Assembly (NCBI GenBank): GCA_030390025.1
Contig: JASTWF010000418.1
Location: forward strand, 310,001-374,000
Direction of reading: 5' to 3'
Origin: Squalus acanthias
Taxonomy: Eukaryota
DNA length: 64,000 nucleotides
Shown piece after piece: positions 1 through 12,600 of this stretch. The translations under genes were made by a program, and so were the position numbers. The notes under the pieces were generated by a model. That model was not told where the DNA came from. It ran no database searches and was given only the letters and a program-made list of their open reading frames with translations. How positions within the stretch are numbered: the first letter of the stretch is position 1; each line of letters begins with the position of its first letter.

Positions 1-364
1 CATTGTTCTTTCCAGCACATTTGATGTGCAAGTCTCTCCAGGCCGAGATTCAAGGCAGCAATGAACAGGATGTGGATGGAAAGCAAGATTAACCATCCCC
101 TTTAAGAACTGGCCCGTGCCATTGTGTGTGTGTTTCATTGCTGACTGACATTACATGAGCTTCGCCAGCGCTCCGAGTTAGCGCCTCACTGCTCGGCCTT
201 TGCGCCTTAAGAGAGGTGTGCAGTGCCTGCTTTAGCGCTCCACTCACCTCCCGGGGCGGTAAAAGTGAAGTTTCCTGTCAGTGTCGTTAATTAGCGCCAG
301 GCGCTAATATTTGCGTCCGGACGATATTTGCGCCCCAAATGGGGCGCGACCTAATTTCTACCCC
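1..364 (-). mobile_element. Non-autonomous PIF/Harbinger-like DNA transposon (partial, same family as 24662-25552)
   Basis: Reverse complement of 24662-25020. Ends in TIR ctaatttctacccc. Confidence 0.75.
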
Positions 365-886
365 AAGGTGCCTTAAAGGGAAGGTGCTGGATATTTGTCC
401 ACGGACGGAAGAGTGGACAATGCCCGTATAGGTGGCGATCCGCCGCAGTAAAACTTCAATAAATTTTTAAAAAATCACATTTTTAAAATGAATTTAAATT
501 ACAATACATTAAGTATTTTAAACAAAAATTTTATTTTTTGAAAAAAATTATTAAAGTTTTTAACGGGGCTAAAAATAAACTTACCTTTCTTTAAAGTATT
601 TTTAAATGATAAATCAGTGGAAATTTTTTTAAAAAACTTTTTTCAACTCTTAGGCGCAAGAATTGTAAGTGTTTTCTGCGGGCGGAAGGTCTCCAAAATG
701 CGGAACTCTCCACCCGCAGAGGCCCTTCACCCGGGCAGGCGGAGGATCTGTCAAGAGCTTTCTTGATAGATGGGAAATGCCGGTTTCCAGTGCATGCGCA
801 GTGCATGACTAAAACCGGCATTTCCGTTGGCCCTACGGGTGAGTACACAGCGCGTACACACCCGTAGGGAACTGAATTTCTGCCCC
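365..886. mobile_element. Second Harbinger-like element end (host of the previous element), inserted in CR1
   Basis: Ends in a related TIR ctgaatttctgcccc at 886, after which CR1 sequence starts. Confidence 0.5.
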
Positions 887-1175
887 AATATCTCTCTGCA
901 GCCTCTTTGCGTCCTCCTCACAGCTTACTTTCCCACCTAACTTTGTATCATCAGCTAACTTGGATACGTTACATTCAGTCCCTTCATCTAAGTCATGAAT
1001 ATAGATTGTAAATAGCTGAGGCCCCAGTACTGATCCTTCCGGGACCTCACTCGTTACAGCCTGCCAACCTGAAAAAGTCCCGTTTATTCCTACTCTCTGT
1101 TTTCTGTCCGTTAACCAATCCTCTATCCATGGTAATATAATACCCCCAATCCCATGAGCCCTAATTTTGTGCATA
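887..1175 (-). mobile_element. CR1 LINE RT fragment
   Basis: [39 protein letters not shown]. Confidence 0.85.
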
Positions 1176-1369
1176 ATAGATAGGCGGGAGGAGGTTTTGG
1201 TGAGGAGGATTGGGTATAAATAAAAGATCACAGGAACACGGGCAGTAGGAAGGAGTTTAATGGGTTATCAGTTGCAGGAATAGCGCACAGATTGTTAATG
1301 TCGGGAACTGGTCATAGGAGGGAGTTTAATGGGATAATATCTGGGATTGGCACTGGGTTAGGGGTGGGA

Positions 1370-2027
1370 TTGGGTGAGTGAGATGGTGGGTGGGTGAGAT
1401 GGTGGGTGGGTGGGTGAGATGGTGGGTGGGTGAGATGGTGGGTGGGTGAGTTCGATGCCGGGTGGGTGAGTTCGATGCCGGGTGGGTCAGTTCGATGCCG
1501 GGTGGGTGAGTTCGATGCCGGGTGGGTCAGTTCGATGCCGGGTGGGTGAGTTCGATGCCGGGTGGGTGAGTTCGATGCCGGGTGGGTGAGATGGTGGGTG
1601 GGTGAGTTCGATGCCAGGTGGGTGAGTTCGATACCGGGTGGGTGAGTTCGATGCCGGGTGGGTGAGTTCGATGCCGGGTGGGTGAGTTCGATGCCGGGTG
1701 GGTCAGTTCGATGCCGGGTAGGTCAGTTCGATGCCGGGTGGGTGAGTTCGATGCCGGGTGGGTCAGTTCGATGCCGGGTGGGTGAGTTCGATGCCGGGTG
1801 GGTGAGTTCGATGCCGGGTGGGTGAGTTCGATGCCGGGTGGGTGAGTTCGATGCCGGGTGGGTCAGTTCGATGCCGGGTGGGTGAGTTCGAAGCCGGGTG
1901 GGTGAGTTCGATGCCGGGTGGGTGAGTTCGATGCCGGGTGGGTGAGTTCGATGCCGGGTGGGTGAGTTCGATGCCGGGTGGGTGAGTTCGATGCCGGGTG
2001 GGTGAGTTCGATGCCGGGTGGGTGAGT
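1370..2027. repeat. 20-bp minisatellite (GGTGGGTGAGTTCGATGCCG)n
   Basis: About 30 tandem units visible directly. Confidence 0.95.
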
Positions 2028-2206
2028 TATGTTACAAGGATAGGTTTAATGATCCGAACAGTCTATTGTTCAAGCAGCTTCCTACTCCATTGATCTCACA
2101 GGCAGTAATGAGCAGTGGAGGGTGCTGGATCTGTCGAGAATGTTCAGCCGATGTGTATCTGGGATTTGCTGAAATCTCGTCCTTAATACGTCACGTGACC
2201 TGTTCA
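2028..2206 (-). other. Candidate terminal exon (3' UTR or alternative C-terminus) of the IgSF gene
   Basis: Unique island between two satellites, with a strong acceptor ctcatttcttttcatttcag and ATTAAA on the minus strand (2050-2045) about 20 nt before the next satellite. Confidence 0.45.
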
Positions 2207-2309
2207 CTGAAATGAAAAGAAATGAGTTTAAAAATGAGCCGGAGACCTGAACAGGTAAAAGTGTCGCTAAAATCACCAGCGATCTTCCTACTGATTGCAA
2301 TTCAAGCAG

Positions 2310-3615
2310 TGTGTAGACACACCGTGCGCACACCAGGCATGTACAGGTGTGTGTTACACACCAACCTCACACCAGGCATGTACAGGTGTGTGTTACACAC
2401 CAACCTCACACCAGGCACGTACAGGTGTGTGTTACACACCAACCTCACACCAGGCATGTACAGGTGTGTGTTACACACCAACCTCACACCAGGCACGTAC
2501 AGGTGTGTGTTACACACCAACCTCACACCAGGCATGTACAGGTGTGTGTTACACACCAACCTCACACCAGGCATGTACAGGTGTGTGTTACACACCAACC
2601 TCACACCAGGCATGTACAGGTGTGTGTTACACACCGTGCGCACACCAGGCATGTACAGGTGTGTGTTACACACCGTGCGCACACCAGGCATGTACAGGTG
2701 TGTGTTACACACCGAGCTCACACCAGGCATGTACAGGTGTGTGTTACACACCGTGCGCACACCAGACATGTACAGGTGTGTGTTACACACCGTGCGCACA
2801 CCAGGCATGTACAGGTGTGTGTTACACACCGTGCGCACACCAGGCATGTACAGGTGTGTGTTACACACCGTGCGCACACCAGGCATGTACAGGTGTGTGT
2901 TACACACCGTGCGCACACCAGGCATGTACAGGTGTGTGTTACACACCGAGCTCACACCAGGCATGTACAGGTGTGTGTTACACACCGTGCGCACACCAGA
3001 CATGTACAGGTGTGTGTTACACACCGTGCGCACACCAGGCATGTACAGGTGTGTGTTACACACCAACCTCACACCAGGCACGTACAGGTGTGTGTTACAC
3101 ACCGACCTCACACCAGGCACGTACAGGTGATGTTACACACCGACCTCACACCAGGCACGTACAGGTGTGTGTTACACACCGACCTCACACCAGGCACGTA
3201 CAGGTGTGTGTTACACACCGACCGCACACCAGGCACGTACAGGTGTGTGTTACACACCAACCTCACACCAGGCAGGTACAGGTGTGTGTTACACACCAAC
3301 CTCACACCAGGCATGTACAGGTGTGTGTTACACACCGACCTCACACCAGGCATGTACAGATGTGTGTTACAAACCAACCTCACACCTGGCACGTACAGGT
3401 GTGTGTTACACACCGACCTCACACCAGGCATGTACAGGTGTGTGTTACACACCAACCTCACACCAGGCATGTACAGGTGTGTGTTACACACCGTGCTCAC
3501 ACCAGGCATGTACAGGTGTGTGTTACACACCGTGCTCACACCAGGCATGTACAGGTGTGTGTTACACACTAAGCTCACACCAGGCATGTACAGGTGTGTG
3601 TTACACACCGAGCTC
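2310..3615. repeat. 33-bp minisatellite (CACACCAGGCATGTACAGGTGTGTGTTACACAC-type)
   Basis: 11-aa periodicity in all ORF frames. Confidence 0.95.
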
Positions 3616-3644
3616 GCAACACAACGAGCTCACGCCAGGCATGC

Positions 3645-5560
3645 GTGCTCCCACAGTGCTGTTCGGGAGGGATTTCAAGGATTTTGACCCAGCGACGATG
3701 AAGGATCGGCGATATATTTCTAAGTCAGGATGGTGTGTGACTTGGAGGGGAACTTGGAGGTGGTGGTGTTCCCATGCGCCTGCTGCCCTTGTCCTTCTAG
3801 GTGGAAGAGGTCGCGGGTTTGGGAGGTGCTGCCGAAGAAGCCTTGGCGAGTTGCTGCAGTGCATCTTGTAGATGGTACACACTGCAGCCACGGTACGCCG
3901 GTGGTGGAGGGAGTGAATGTTTAAGGTGGTGGATGGGGTGCCAATCAAGCGAGTTGCTTTGTCCTGGATGGTGTCGAGCTTCTTGAGTGTTGTTGGAATG
4001 GCACTCATCCAGGCAAGTGGAGAGTATTCAATCACACTCCTGCCTTGTGCCTTGTAGATGGTGGAAAGGCTTTGGGGAGTCAGGAGGTGAGACACTCGCC
4101 ACAGAATGTATATTTGTATTTCCAAAAGGCATTCGATAAGGTGCCACATCAAAGGTCATTACACAAGATTAGGGCTCATGGGGTTGGGGGTAATATAGTA
4201 GCATGGATAGAGGATTGGTTAACGGACAGAAAACAGTGAGTAGGGATAAACGGATCTTTTTCAGGTTGGAAGGCTGCAACTAGTGGATCAGTGCTTGGGC
4301 CTCAGCTATTTACAATCTATATTAATGACCTAGATGAAGGGACCGAGTGTAATGTATCCAAGTTTGCTGATGATACAAAGCTAGGTGGGACAGTGAGCTG
4401 TGAGGAGAACACAAAGAGTCTGCAAAGGGATAGAGATAGACTGAGTGAGTGGGCAGTAAGGTGGCAGATGGAGTATAATGTAGGGAAATGTGAGGTTATT
4501 CACTTTGGTAGGAAGAATAGAAAAACAGAATATTTTTTAAATGGTGAGAAACTTTCAAATGTTGGTGTTCAGAGGGATTTGGATGTCCTTGTGCAAGAAA
4601 CACAGAAAGCTAGCATGCAGGTACAGCAAGCAATAAGGAAGGCAAATGGCATGTTGGCCTTTATTGCAAGGGAGTTGGAGTATAAGAGTGAGGAAGTCTT
4701 GCTACAATTGTACAGGGCCTTGGTGAGACCACACCTGGAGTACTGGGCACTGTTCTGTTCTCCTTATCTAAGGAAGGATATACTTGCCTTGGAGGCGGTG
4801 CAACGAAGGTTCACTAGATTGATTCCTGGGATGAGAGGGCTGTCCTATGATGAGAGATTGTGTAGAATGGGCCGATACTCTCTGGAGTTTAGAAGAATGA
4901 GAGGTGATCTCATTGAAACATACAAGATTCTGAAGGGGATTGACAGGATAGATGCTGAGAAGGTTGTTTCCCCTGGCTGGAGAGTCTAGAACTAGGGGGC
5001 ACAGTCTCAGGATAAGGGGTCGGCCATTTAAGACTGAGATGAGGAGGAATTTCTTCACTCAGAGGGTTGTGAATCTTTGGAATTCTCTACCCCAGAGGGG
5101 TGTGAATGCTGAGTCTTTGAGTATATTCAAGGCTGAGATCGATAGATTAATTGGACTCTAGGGGAATCGAGGGATATGGAGATCGGGCGGGAAAGTGGAG
5201 TTGAGGTCGATGATCAGCCATGATCTTATTGAATGGCTCGAGGGGCCAATTGGCCGACTCCTGCTCCTATTTCTTTTGTTCTTATGTTCTTAGAATACCC
5301 AGCCTCTGACCTGCTCTTGTAGCCACAGTATTTATGCAGCTGGTCCAGTTAAGTTTCTGGTCAATGGAGCCCCCTAGGATGTTGATGGTGGGGGATTCGG
5401 CGATGGTAATGCTTTTGAATGTCAAGGGGCGGTGGCTAGATTCTCTCTTGTTGGAGATGGTCATTGCCTGGCACTTGTGGGGCACATATGTTACTTACCA
5501 CCGATCAGCCCAGGCCTGGATTTTATTCAGCTCTTGCTACATGTGGGCATGGACTGCACC
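3645..5560 (-). mobile_element. Non-LTR retrotransposon (CR1/L2 group, family 2) fragment, interrupted by a CR1 insertion
   Basis: 3645-4107 plus 5292-5560 are collinear with 31320-32050 (TIYKAQ.RS..EYSPLAW, QKLNWTS). Confidence 0.85.
4108..5291 (+). mobile_element. 5'-truncated CR1 LINE with 3' UTR/tail and 5-bp TSD (AGAAT)
   Basis: RT motifs [35 protein letters not shown]. Tail ttcttatgttctt. AGAAT on both flanks. Confidence 0.9.
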
Positions 5561-5629
5561 AACATTAAGAGGTATAGCACCAGGAGTCAGACCAGCAGAT
5601 GTGGAGCAGGACTCACTCTACTCAACAGT

Positions 5630-8600
5630 AGTGTCCCCACTGAGCACTGTAGACACCAGTAGAGGGCACCCTACAGCACCAAAACCCGACAGCACCAAAA
5701 CCATTCACAGTAGTGTCCCCACTGAAAACTGTAGACACCAGCAGAGGGCACCCTACATCACCCTGACTATTCACAGCAGTATCCCCATTGAACACTGTAG
5801 ACACCAGCAGAGGGCACCCTTCATCACCCTGACTATTCACAGAAGCGTCCCCATTGAACACTGTAGACACCAGCAGAGTCACCCTACATCACCCTGACTA
5901 TTCACAGTAGCATCCCCATTGAACACTGTAGACACCAGCAGAGGGCGCCCAACATCACCTAAACCTTTCACAGCAGTGTCCCCATTGAACACTGTAGACA
6001 CCAGCAGAGGGTGCCCTACATCACCAAACCATTTACAGCAGTGCCCCCATTGAACACTGCAGACACCAGCAGAGTGCACTCTACATCACCCTGACTATTC
6101 ACAGCAGTGTCCCCATTGGACACTGTAGACACCAGCAGAGGCGCCCTACATCACCCTGACTATTCACAGCAGTGTCCCCATTGGACACTGTAGACACCAG
6201 CAGAGGCGCCCTACATCACCCTGACTATTCACAGCAGTGTCCCCATTGGACACTGTAGACACCAGCAGAGGGCGCCCTACATCACCCTGACTATTCACAG
6301 CAGTGTCCCCATTGAACACTGTAGACACCAGCAGAGTGCACTCTACATCACCCAAAATGTTCACAGCAGTGTCCCCATTGAACACTGTAGACACCAGCAG
6401 AGTGCACTCTACATCACCCTGACTATTCACAGCAGTGTCCCCACTGAACACTGTAGACACCAGCAGAGGGCGCCCTACATCACCCTGACTATTCACAGCA
6501 GTGTCCACATTGAACACTGTAGACACCAGCAGAGTGCACTCTACATCACCCTGACTATTCACAGCAGTGTCCCCACTGAACACTGTAGACACCAGCAGAG
6601 GGCAACCTACATCACCCAAACTATTCCCAGCAGTGTCCCCACTGAACACTGTAGACACCAGCAGAAGGCAACCTACATCGCCCTGACTATTCACAGCAAT
6701 GTCCCCACTGAACACTGTAGACACCAGCAGAGGGCAATCTACATCACCCAAACTATTTACAGCAGTGTCCGCACTGAACACTGTAGACACCAGCAGAGGG
6801 CAACCTACATCGCCCTGACTATTCACAGCAATGTCCCCATTGAACACTGTAGACACCAGCAGAGGGCAACCTACATCACCCTGACTATTCACAGCAGTGG
6901 CCCCATTGAACACTGTAGACACCAGCAGAGGACGCCCTACATCACTCAAACTATTCCCAGCAGTGTCCCCATTGAACACTGTAGACACCAGCAGAGGACG
7001 CCCTACATCACTCAAACTATTCCCAGCAGTGTCCCCATTGAACACTGTAGACACCAGCAGAGGGCACCCTACATCACCCAAACTATTCACAGCAGCATCC
7101 CCACTGAACACTGTAGACACCAGCAGAGGGCACCCCATATGACCCAAATTGTTCACAGCAGAGTTTCCATTGAACACTGTAGACACCAGCAGAGGGCACC
7201 CTACATCACCCTGACTATTCACAGCAGTGTCCCCACTGAACACTGTAGTCACCAGCAGAGGGCACCCTACATCACCCAAACTATTCACAGCAGTGTCCCC
7301 ACTGAACACTGTAGACACCAGCAGAGGGCACCCCACATCACCCAAACTGTTCACAGCAGTGTCCCCATTGAACACTGTAGACACCAGCAGAGGGCCCCCT
7401 ATATCACCCAAACTATTCATAAAAGTTTCCCAATGGAACACTGTAGACACCAGCAGAGGGCAACCGACATCACCCAAACCATTCACAGCAGTGTCCCCAC
7501 TGAACACTGTAGACACCAGCAGAGGGCACCCTACATCACCCAAACTGTTCACAGCCGTGTCGCCACTGAACACTGTAGACACCAGCAGAGGGCAACCTAC
7601 ATCACCCAAACTGTTCACAGCAGTGTCCCCACTGAACACTGTAGACACCAGCAGAGGGCACCCTACATCACCCAAACTGTTCACAGCAGTGTCCCCATTG
7701 AACACTGTAGACACCAGCAGAGGGTGCCCTACATCATCCTGACTATTCACAGCAGTGTCCCCACTGAACACTGTAGACACCAGCAGAGGGCACCCTACAT
7801 CACCCAAAATGTTCACGGCAGTGTCCCCTCTGAACACTGTAGACACCAGCAGAGGGCACCCTACATCACCCAAAATGTTCACGGCAGTGTCCCCCTGAAC
7901 ACTGTAGACACCAGCAGAGGGCACCCTACATCACCCAAACCATTCACAGCCTTGACCCCTCTGAACAATGTAGACAACAGCAGAGGGCGCCCTACATCAC
8001 CCAAACTATTCACAGCAGTGTCCCCATTGAACCCTGTAGACACCAGCAGAGGACAACCCACATGAACCAAACTGTTCAAAGCAGTGTTCCCACTGAACAC
8101 TGTAGACACCAGCAGAGGGCACCCTACATCACCATGACTATTCACAGCAGTGTCCCCATTGAACACTGTAGACACCAGCAGAGGGCAACCTATATCGCCC
8201 TGACTATTCACAGCAATGTCCCCATTGAACACTGTAGGCACCAGCAGAGGGCAACCTACATCACCCAAACTATTCACAGCAGTGGCCCCATTGAACACTG
8301 TAGACACCAGCAGAGGACGCTCTACATCACTCAAACTAATCCCAGCACTGTCCCTACTGAACACGGTTGGCACCAGCAGAGGGCACCCTACATCACTCAA
8401 ACTGTACACAGCAGTGTCCCCACTGAACACTGTAGACACCAGCAGAGGGCACCCTACATCACCCTGACTATTCACAGCAGTGTCCCCACTGAACACTGTA
8501 GACACCAGCAGAGGGCACCCTACATCACCCAAACTGTTCACAGCAGTGTCCCCACTGAACACTGTAGACACCAGCAGAAGGTACACTACATCACCCTGAC

Positions 8601-9190
8601 TATTCACAGCAGTGTCCGCATTGAACACTGTAGTCACCAGCAGAGGGCACCCTACATCACCCAAACTGTTCACAGCAGTGTCCCCACTGAACACTGTAGA
8701 CACCAGCAGAGGGCACCCTATATCACCCAAACTATTCACAGCAGCGTCCCCACTGAACACTGTAGACACCAGCAGAGGGCACCCCATATGACCCAAATTG
8801 TTCACAGCAGTGTCCCCACTGAACACTGTAGACACCAGCAGAGGGCACCCTATATCACCCAAACTATTCACAGCAGCGTCCCCACTGAACACTGTAGACA
8901 CCAGCAGAGGGCACCCCATATGACCCAAAATGTTCACAGCAGTGTCCCCATTGAACACTGTAGTCACCAGCAGAGGGCACCCTACATCACCCAAACTGTT
9001 CAGAGCAGTGTCCCCACTGAACACTGTAGACACCAGCAGAGGGTACACTACATCACCCTGACTATTCACAGCAGTGTCCCCACTGAACACTGTAGACACC
9101 AGCAGAGGCGCCCTACATCACCCTGACTATTCACAGCAGTGTCCCCATTGGACACTGTAGACACCAGCAGAGGGCACCCTCCAGCACCCA
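5630..9190. repeat. 66-bp minisatellite (~53 units)
   Basis: 22-aa periodicity (VNSLGDVGCPLLVSTVFSGDTA). Confidence 0.95.
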
Positions 9191-9221
9191 ATTCAATCTT
9201 TGCACAAAACCTGTGATGGTG

Positions 9222-9535
9222 CGAGACTCGCCCCCTTCTGTTCTGCTGGTTAGAGAGACTCGGCCCCTCCCTTTCTCCTGGTCTGAGTCTCGGCCCCTCC
9301 CTTTCTGCTGGTCTTAGACTCGGCCCCTCTCTTTCTCCTGGTCAGTGAGACTCGGCCCCTCCCTTTCTGATGGTCAGTGAGTCTCGGCCCCTCCCTTTCT
9401 GATGGTCAGTGAGTCTCGGCCCCTCCCTTTCTGATGGTCAGTGAGTCTCGGCCCCTCCCTTTCTGATGGTCAGTGAGTCTCGGCCCCTCCCTTTCTGCTG
9501 GTGTGAGTCTCGGCCCCTCCCTTTCTGCTGGTCTG
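9222..9535. repeat. ~32-bp minisatellite (GAGTCTCGGCCCCTCCCTTTCTGATGGTCAGT)
   Basis: Tandem units just 3' of the stop codon. Confidence 0.9.
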
Positions 9536-9557
9536 AGCTGGACATTGAAATCCGAAG

Positions 9558-9643
9558 CTACCTCTTCTGATCCAGCGATGGGATGGTCTCCATTTGAAGT
9601 TCACCCTGTGGCCAGAGACTGTTTCTCTGCATTCGGTAACTGC
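9558..9643 (-). CDS. Exon 11: cytoplasmic tail ([28 protein letters not shown])
   Basis: Long polypyrimidine acceptor ttcctcttctcttccctcacctgcag, in frame with the TM exon. TAG at 9560-9558 overlaps a possible donor AG|gtagct. Confidence 0.75.
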
Positions 9644-12600
9644 CTGCAGGTGAGGGAAGAGAAGAGGAAAAATATCAGCTTCAGTTTATCAGGAAAATCA
9701 CACTGAGATCAGTTCCCAATGGCCTTGATCTACCTGTCTGTGTCCCTGGGGTCTGATCCACCTGTCTGTGTCCCTGGGGTCTGATCCACCTGTCTGTGTA
9801 CCTGAGGTCTGATCCACCTGTCTGTGTCCCTGGGGTCTGATCCACCTGTCTGTGTACCTGGGGTCAGATCCACCTGTCCGTGTACCTGGGCTCTGATCCA
9901 CCTGTCTGTGTACCTGGGGTCTGATCCACCTGTCTGTGTACCCGGTGTCTGATCTACCTGTCTGTTTGTGTGTTCTTTGTGAGATAAGACCGCTCACTGT
10001 AATTACCGGACTGTAGTCGGACTGCTAATTGCGCAGTGATTTCCTCCAGTTCATTCCCGTTACACCCCCTCACACACTCCGAACCTACCCTTTCTCTTCT
10101 GCCTGCAAGTCCTGATGCTGTGGGAAACGCTCAGGATGATGACTGTGTAGACGATCAGCCCGCAGACTGCGAGGAGACTCCAGAGCCAGGCCCAGTCCCC
10201 GAGCTCTCCCCTCAATATCGAGGGCCCTGTGGGGAAGCAGAGGTTGAGAGGTGAGCGTGCTCCACATCTTGAAACCCCCTTAACATTCAGCAATCTGCTC
10301 AGGGTTATCTGGAGCGCAGAGTGGGGAGTTATTCAGCCGTGGGAGGGCGGAGATGGTTGGACACCCCCCCACCGCCCCCTCTTTTCAGAGGAGTGGGTGG
10401 GAGGAACATTCACCTCGTCAGCCCGTGGCCAACACACGGGCGAGATGTGGCTCGGGGGCTTGGGTCGGTGCTGAAAGACACTGAAAATAGCCCACCAGAA
10501 ATCTTCAGGAGCCAGTAACAAGCTTGACTGTCCCAGGGATTGTGTCCTTACATAACAGAGAGGGTTGATGAGGGTAGTGCGGTAGATGTCATATATCTGG
10601 ACTTTCAAAAGTCATTTGATAAAGTACCACATGTTAGCAAAATTTAAGCCCGTGGGATTAAAGGGACAGTGGCAGCATGGATTTGCCGAGGGGACAGAAA
10701 GCAGAGAGTAGTGGTGAATGGTTGTATTCCAGACTTGGGGGGAGTACACAGTGGAGTCCCCCAGGGGTCTGTATTAGGACCACTGCTCTTTTTGATATAT
10801 ATTAATGACCTGGACTTGGGTACACAGGGCATCATTTCATAGTTTCTCGATGATACAAAACTCAGAAATGTAGTAAACAGTGAGGAGGATAGTAACAGAC
10901 TTCAGGAGGACACAGACAGACTGGTGGAATGGGCAGACACGTGGCAGATGAAGTTTAATGCAGAGAAGTGTCAAGAGATACATTTTGGTCAGAAGAATGA
11001 GGAGAGGCAATATAAACTAAAGGGTACAATTTGAAAGGGTGTGCAGGAACAGAGAGACCTTGGGGGTGTCCGTACACAAGTCTTTGAAGGTGGCAGGGCA
11101 GGTTGAGGAAGCAGTTAAAAAAGCATACAGGATCCTCGGGGGAGAAATTCAGTATCGCCCCGTTTGGGCCGCGATTATCGGCCGGGCGCAAAATTTAGCG
11201 CCTGCTGATAATTATCGCTTCCGACTGCAAACTTGGCTTCTATCGCCCCTGGATGTGATCGGAGCGCTAAATCAGGCGCTACACACCTCTCTTAAGGCGC
11301 TTACGCCGAGGAGCGAGGCGCTAACTCAGAGCGCTGGCGAAGCTCATGTGATGTCAGTCAGCAATGGAACACAGACACACTGGCGCCAGCCAGTTCTGAA
11401 AGGGGAGGGTCGATCTTGCTCTCCATCCACACCCTGCTCATTGCAGCCTTGAATCGCTGCCTGGAGAGACCTGTACCTCAAATCTGCTGGAAAGAACAAT
11501 GGAGAGTCCCAGGGAAAGAGCTCAGAGTGCAGCCCCCACAGTCTCTTCTAAATCGATGCAAGGAAGGTCAAATCAAAATGAACCTGCAAGGTGCTGCTCA
11601 GTACCCAAAACTCCTTCACACAGCATTGAATCTCTCCAGAAGTCTCTCTCTCTCAGAATGCGTGGTGCAAAAATGTCGCCGACAAAAAAAGGCAGAAAGC
11701 GGTCGCCTTTAAATAGCACTCCCCCAGTCCCTTCCCGACTGCAAAACGCTCCCCTCAACTTGTCGTTGCTAGCGGCAGGCGGAAAGGCAGGGGGCGCCAC
11801 TCAATATCCGGTCCGGGGTGCTACCGGGGCATTGCACGCTCGACTGATGTCATGATCTGCGGGCGCAGGAGATCGTGACGGTAGTGTTTAGCGCGTCCGC
11901 AAAATGTCTGGTCAATTTCGCGAGCGGCGCAAACATCGCCGCGCCCGGGCGCTAGTTGCTTTGCGACCCATTAGCACCCTCTTAGGTGCAAAGCAACTGA
12001 ATATATCCCCCCTTGATTTTATAAATAGAGGCACAGAGTACAAAAGCAAGGAAGTTATGCTAAACCTTTATAACACACTGGTTAGGCCTCAGCTGGAGTA
12101 TTGTGTCCAATTCTGGGCACCGCACTTTAGGAGGAACGTCAAGGCCTTTGAGAGGGTGCAGAGGAGATTGCCCAGAACGGTACCAGGGATGAGGGACTTC
12201 AGTTATGTGGAGAGACTGGAGAAGCTGCGATTGTTCTCCTTAGAGCAGAGAAGGTTAAGAGGAGATTGACCAGAATGGTACCGGGGATGAGGGACTTCAG
12301 TTACGTGGAGAGACTGGAGAAGCTGGGGTTGTTCTCCTTAGAGCAGAGAAGGTTAAGAGGAGATTGACCAGAATGGTACCGGGGATGAGGGACTTCAGTT
12401 ACGTGGAGAGACTGGAGAAGCTGGGGTTGTTCTCCTTAGAGCAGAGAAGGTTAAGAGGAGATTGACCAGAATGGTACCAGGGATGAGGGACTTCAGTTAC
12501 GTGGACAGACTGGAGAAGCTGGGGTTGTTCTCCTTAGAGCAGAGTAAGGTTAAGAGGATATTTGATAGAGGCGTTGAAAATCATGGAGGGTTTTGATAGA

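Noticed and set aside
2222-9126. Long repetitive ORFs (300-590 aa)
   Set aside because: These are translations of the 33-bp and 66-bp minisatellites, open in several frames and strands because the unit lengths are multiples of 3.
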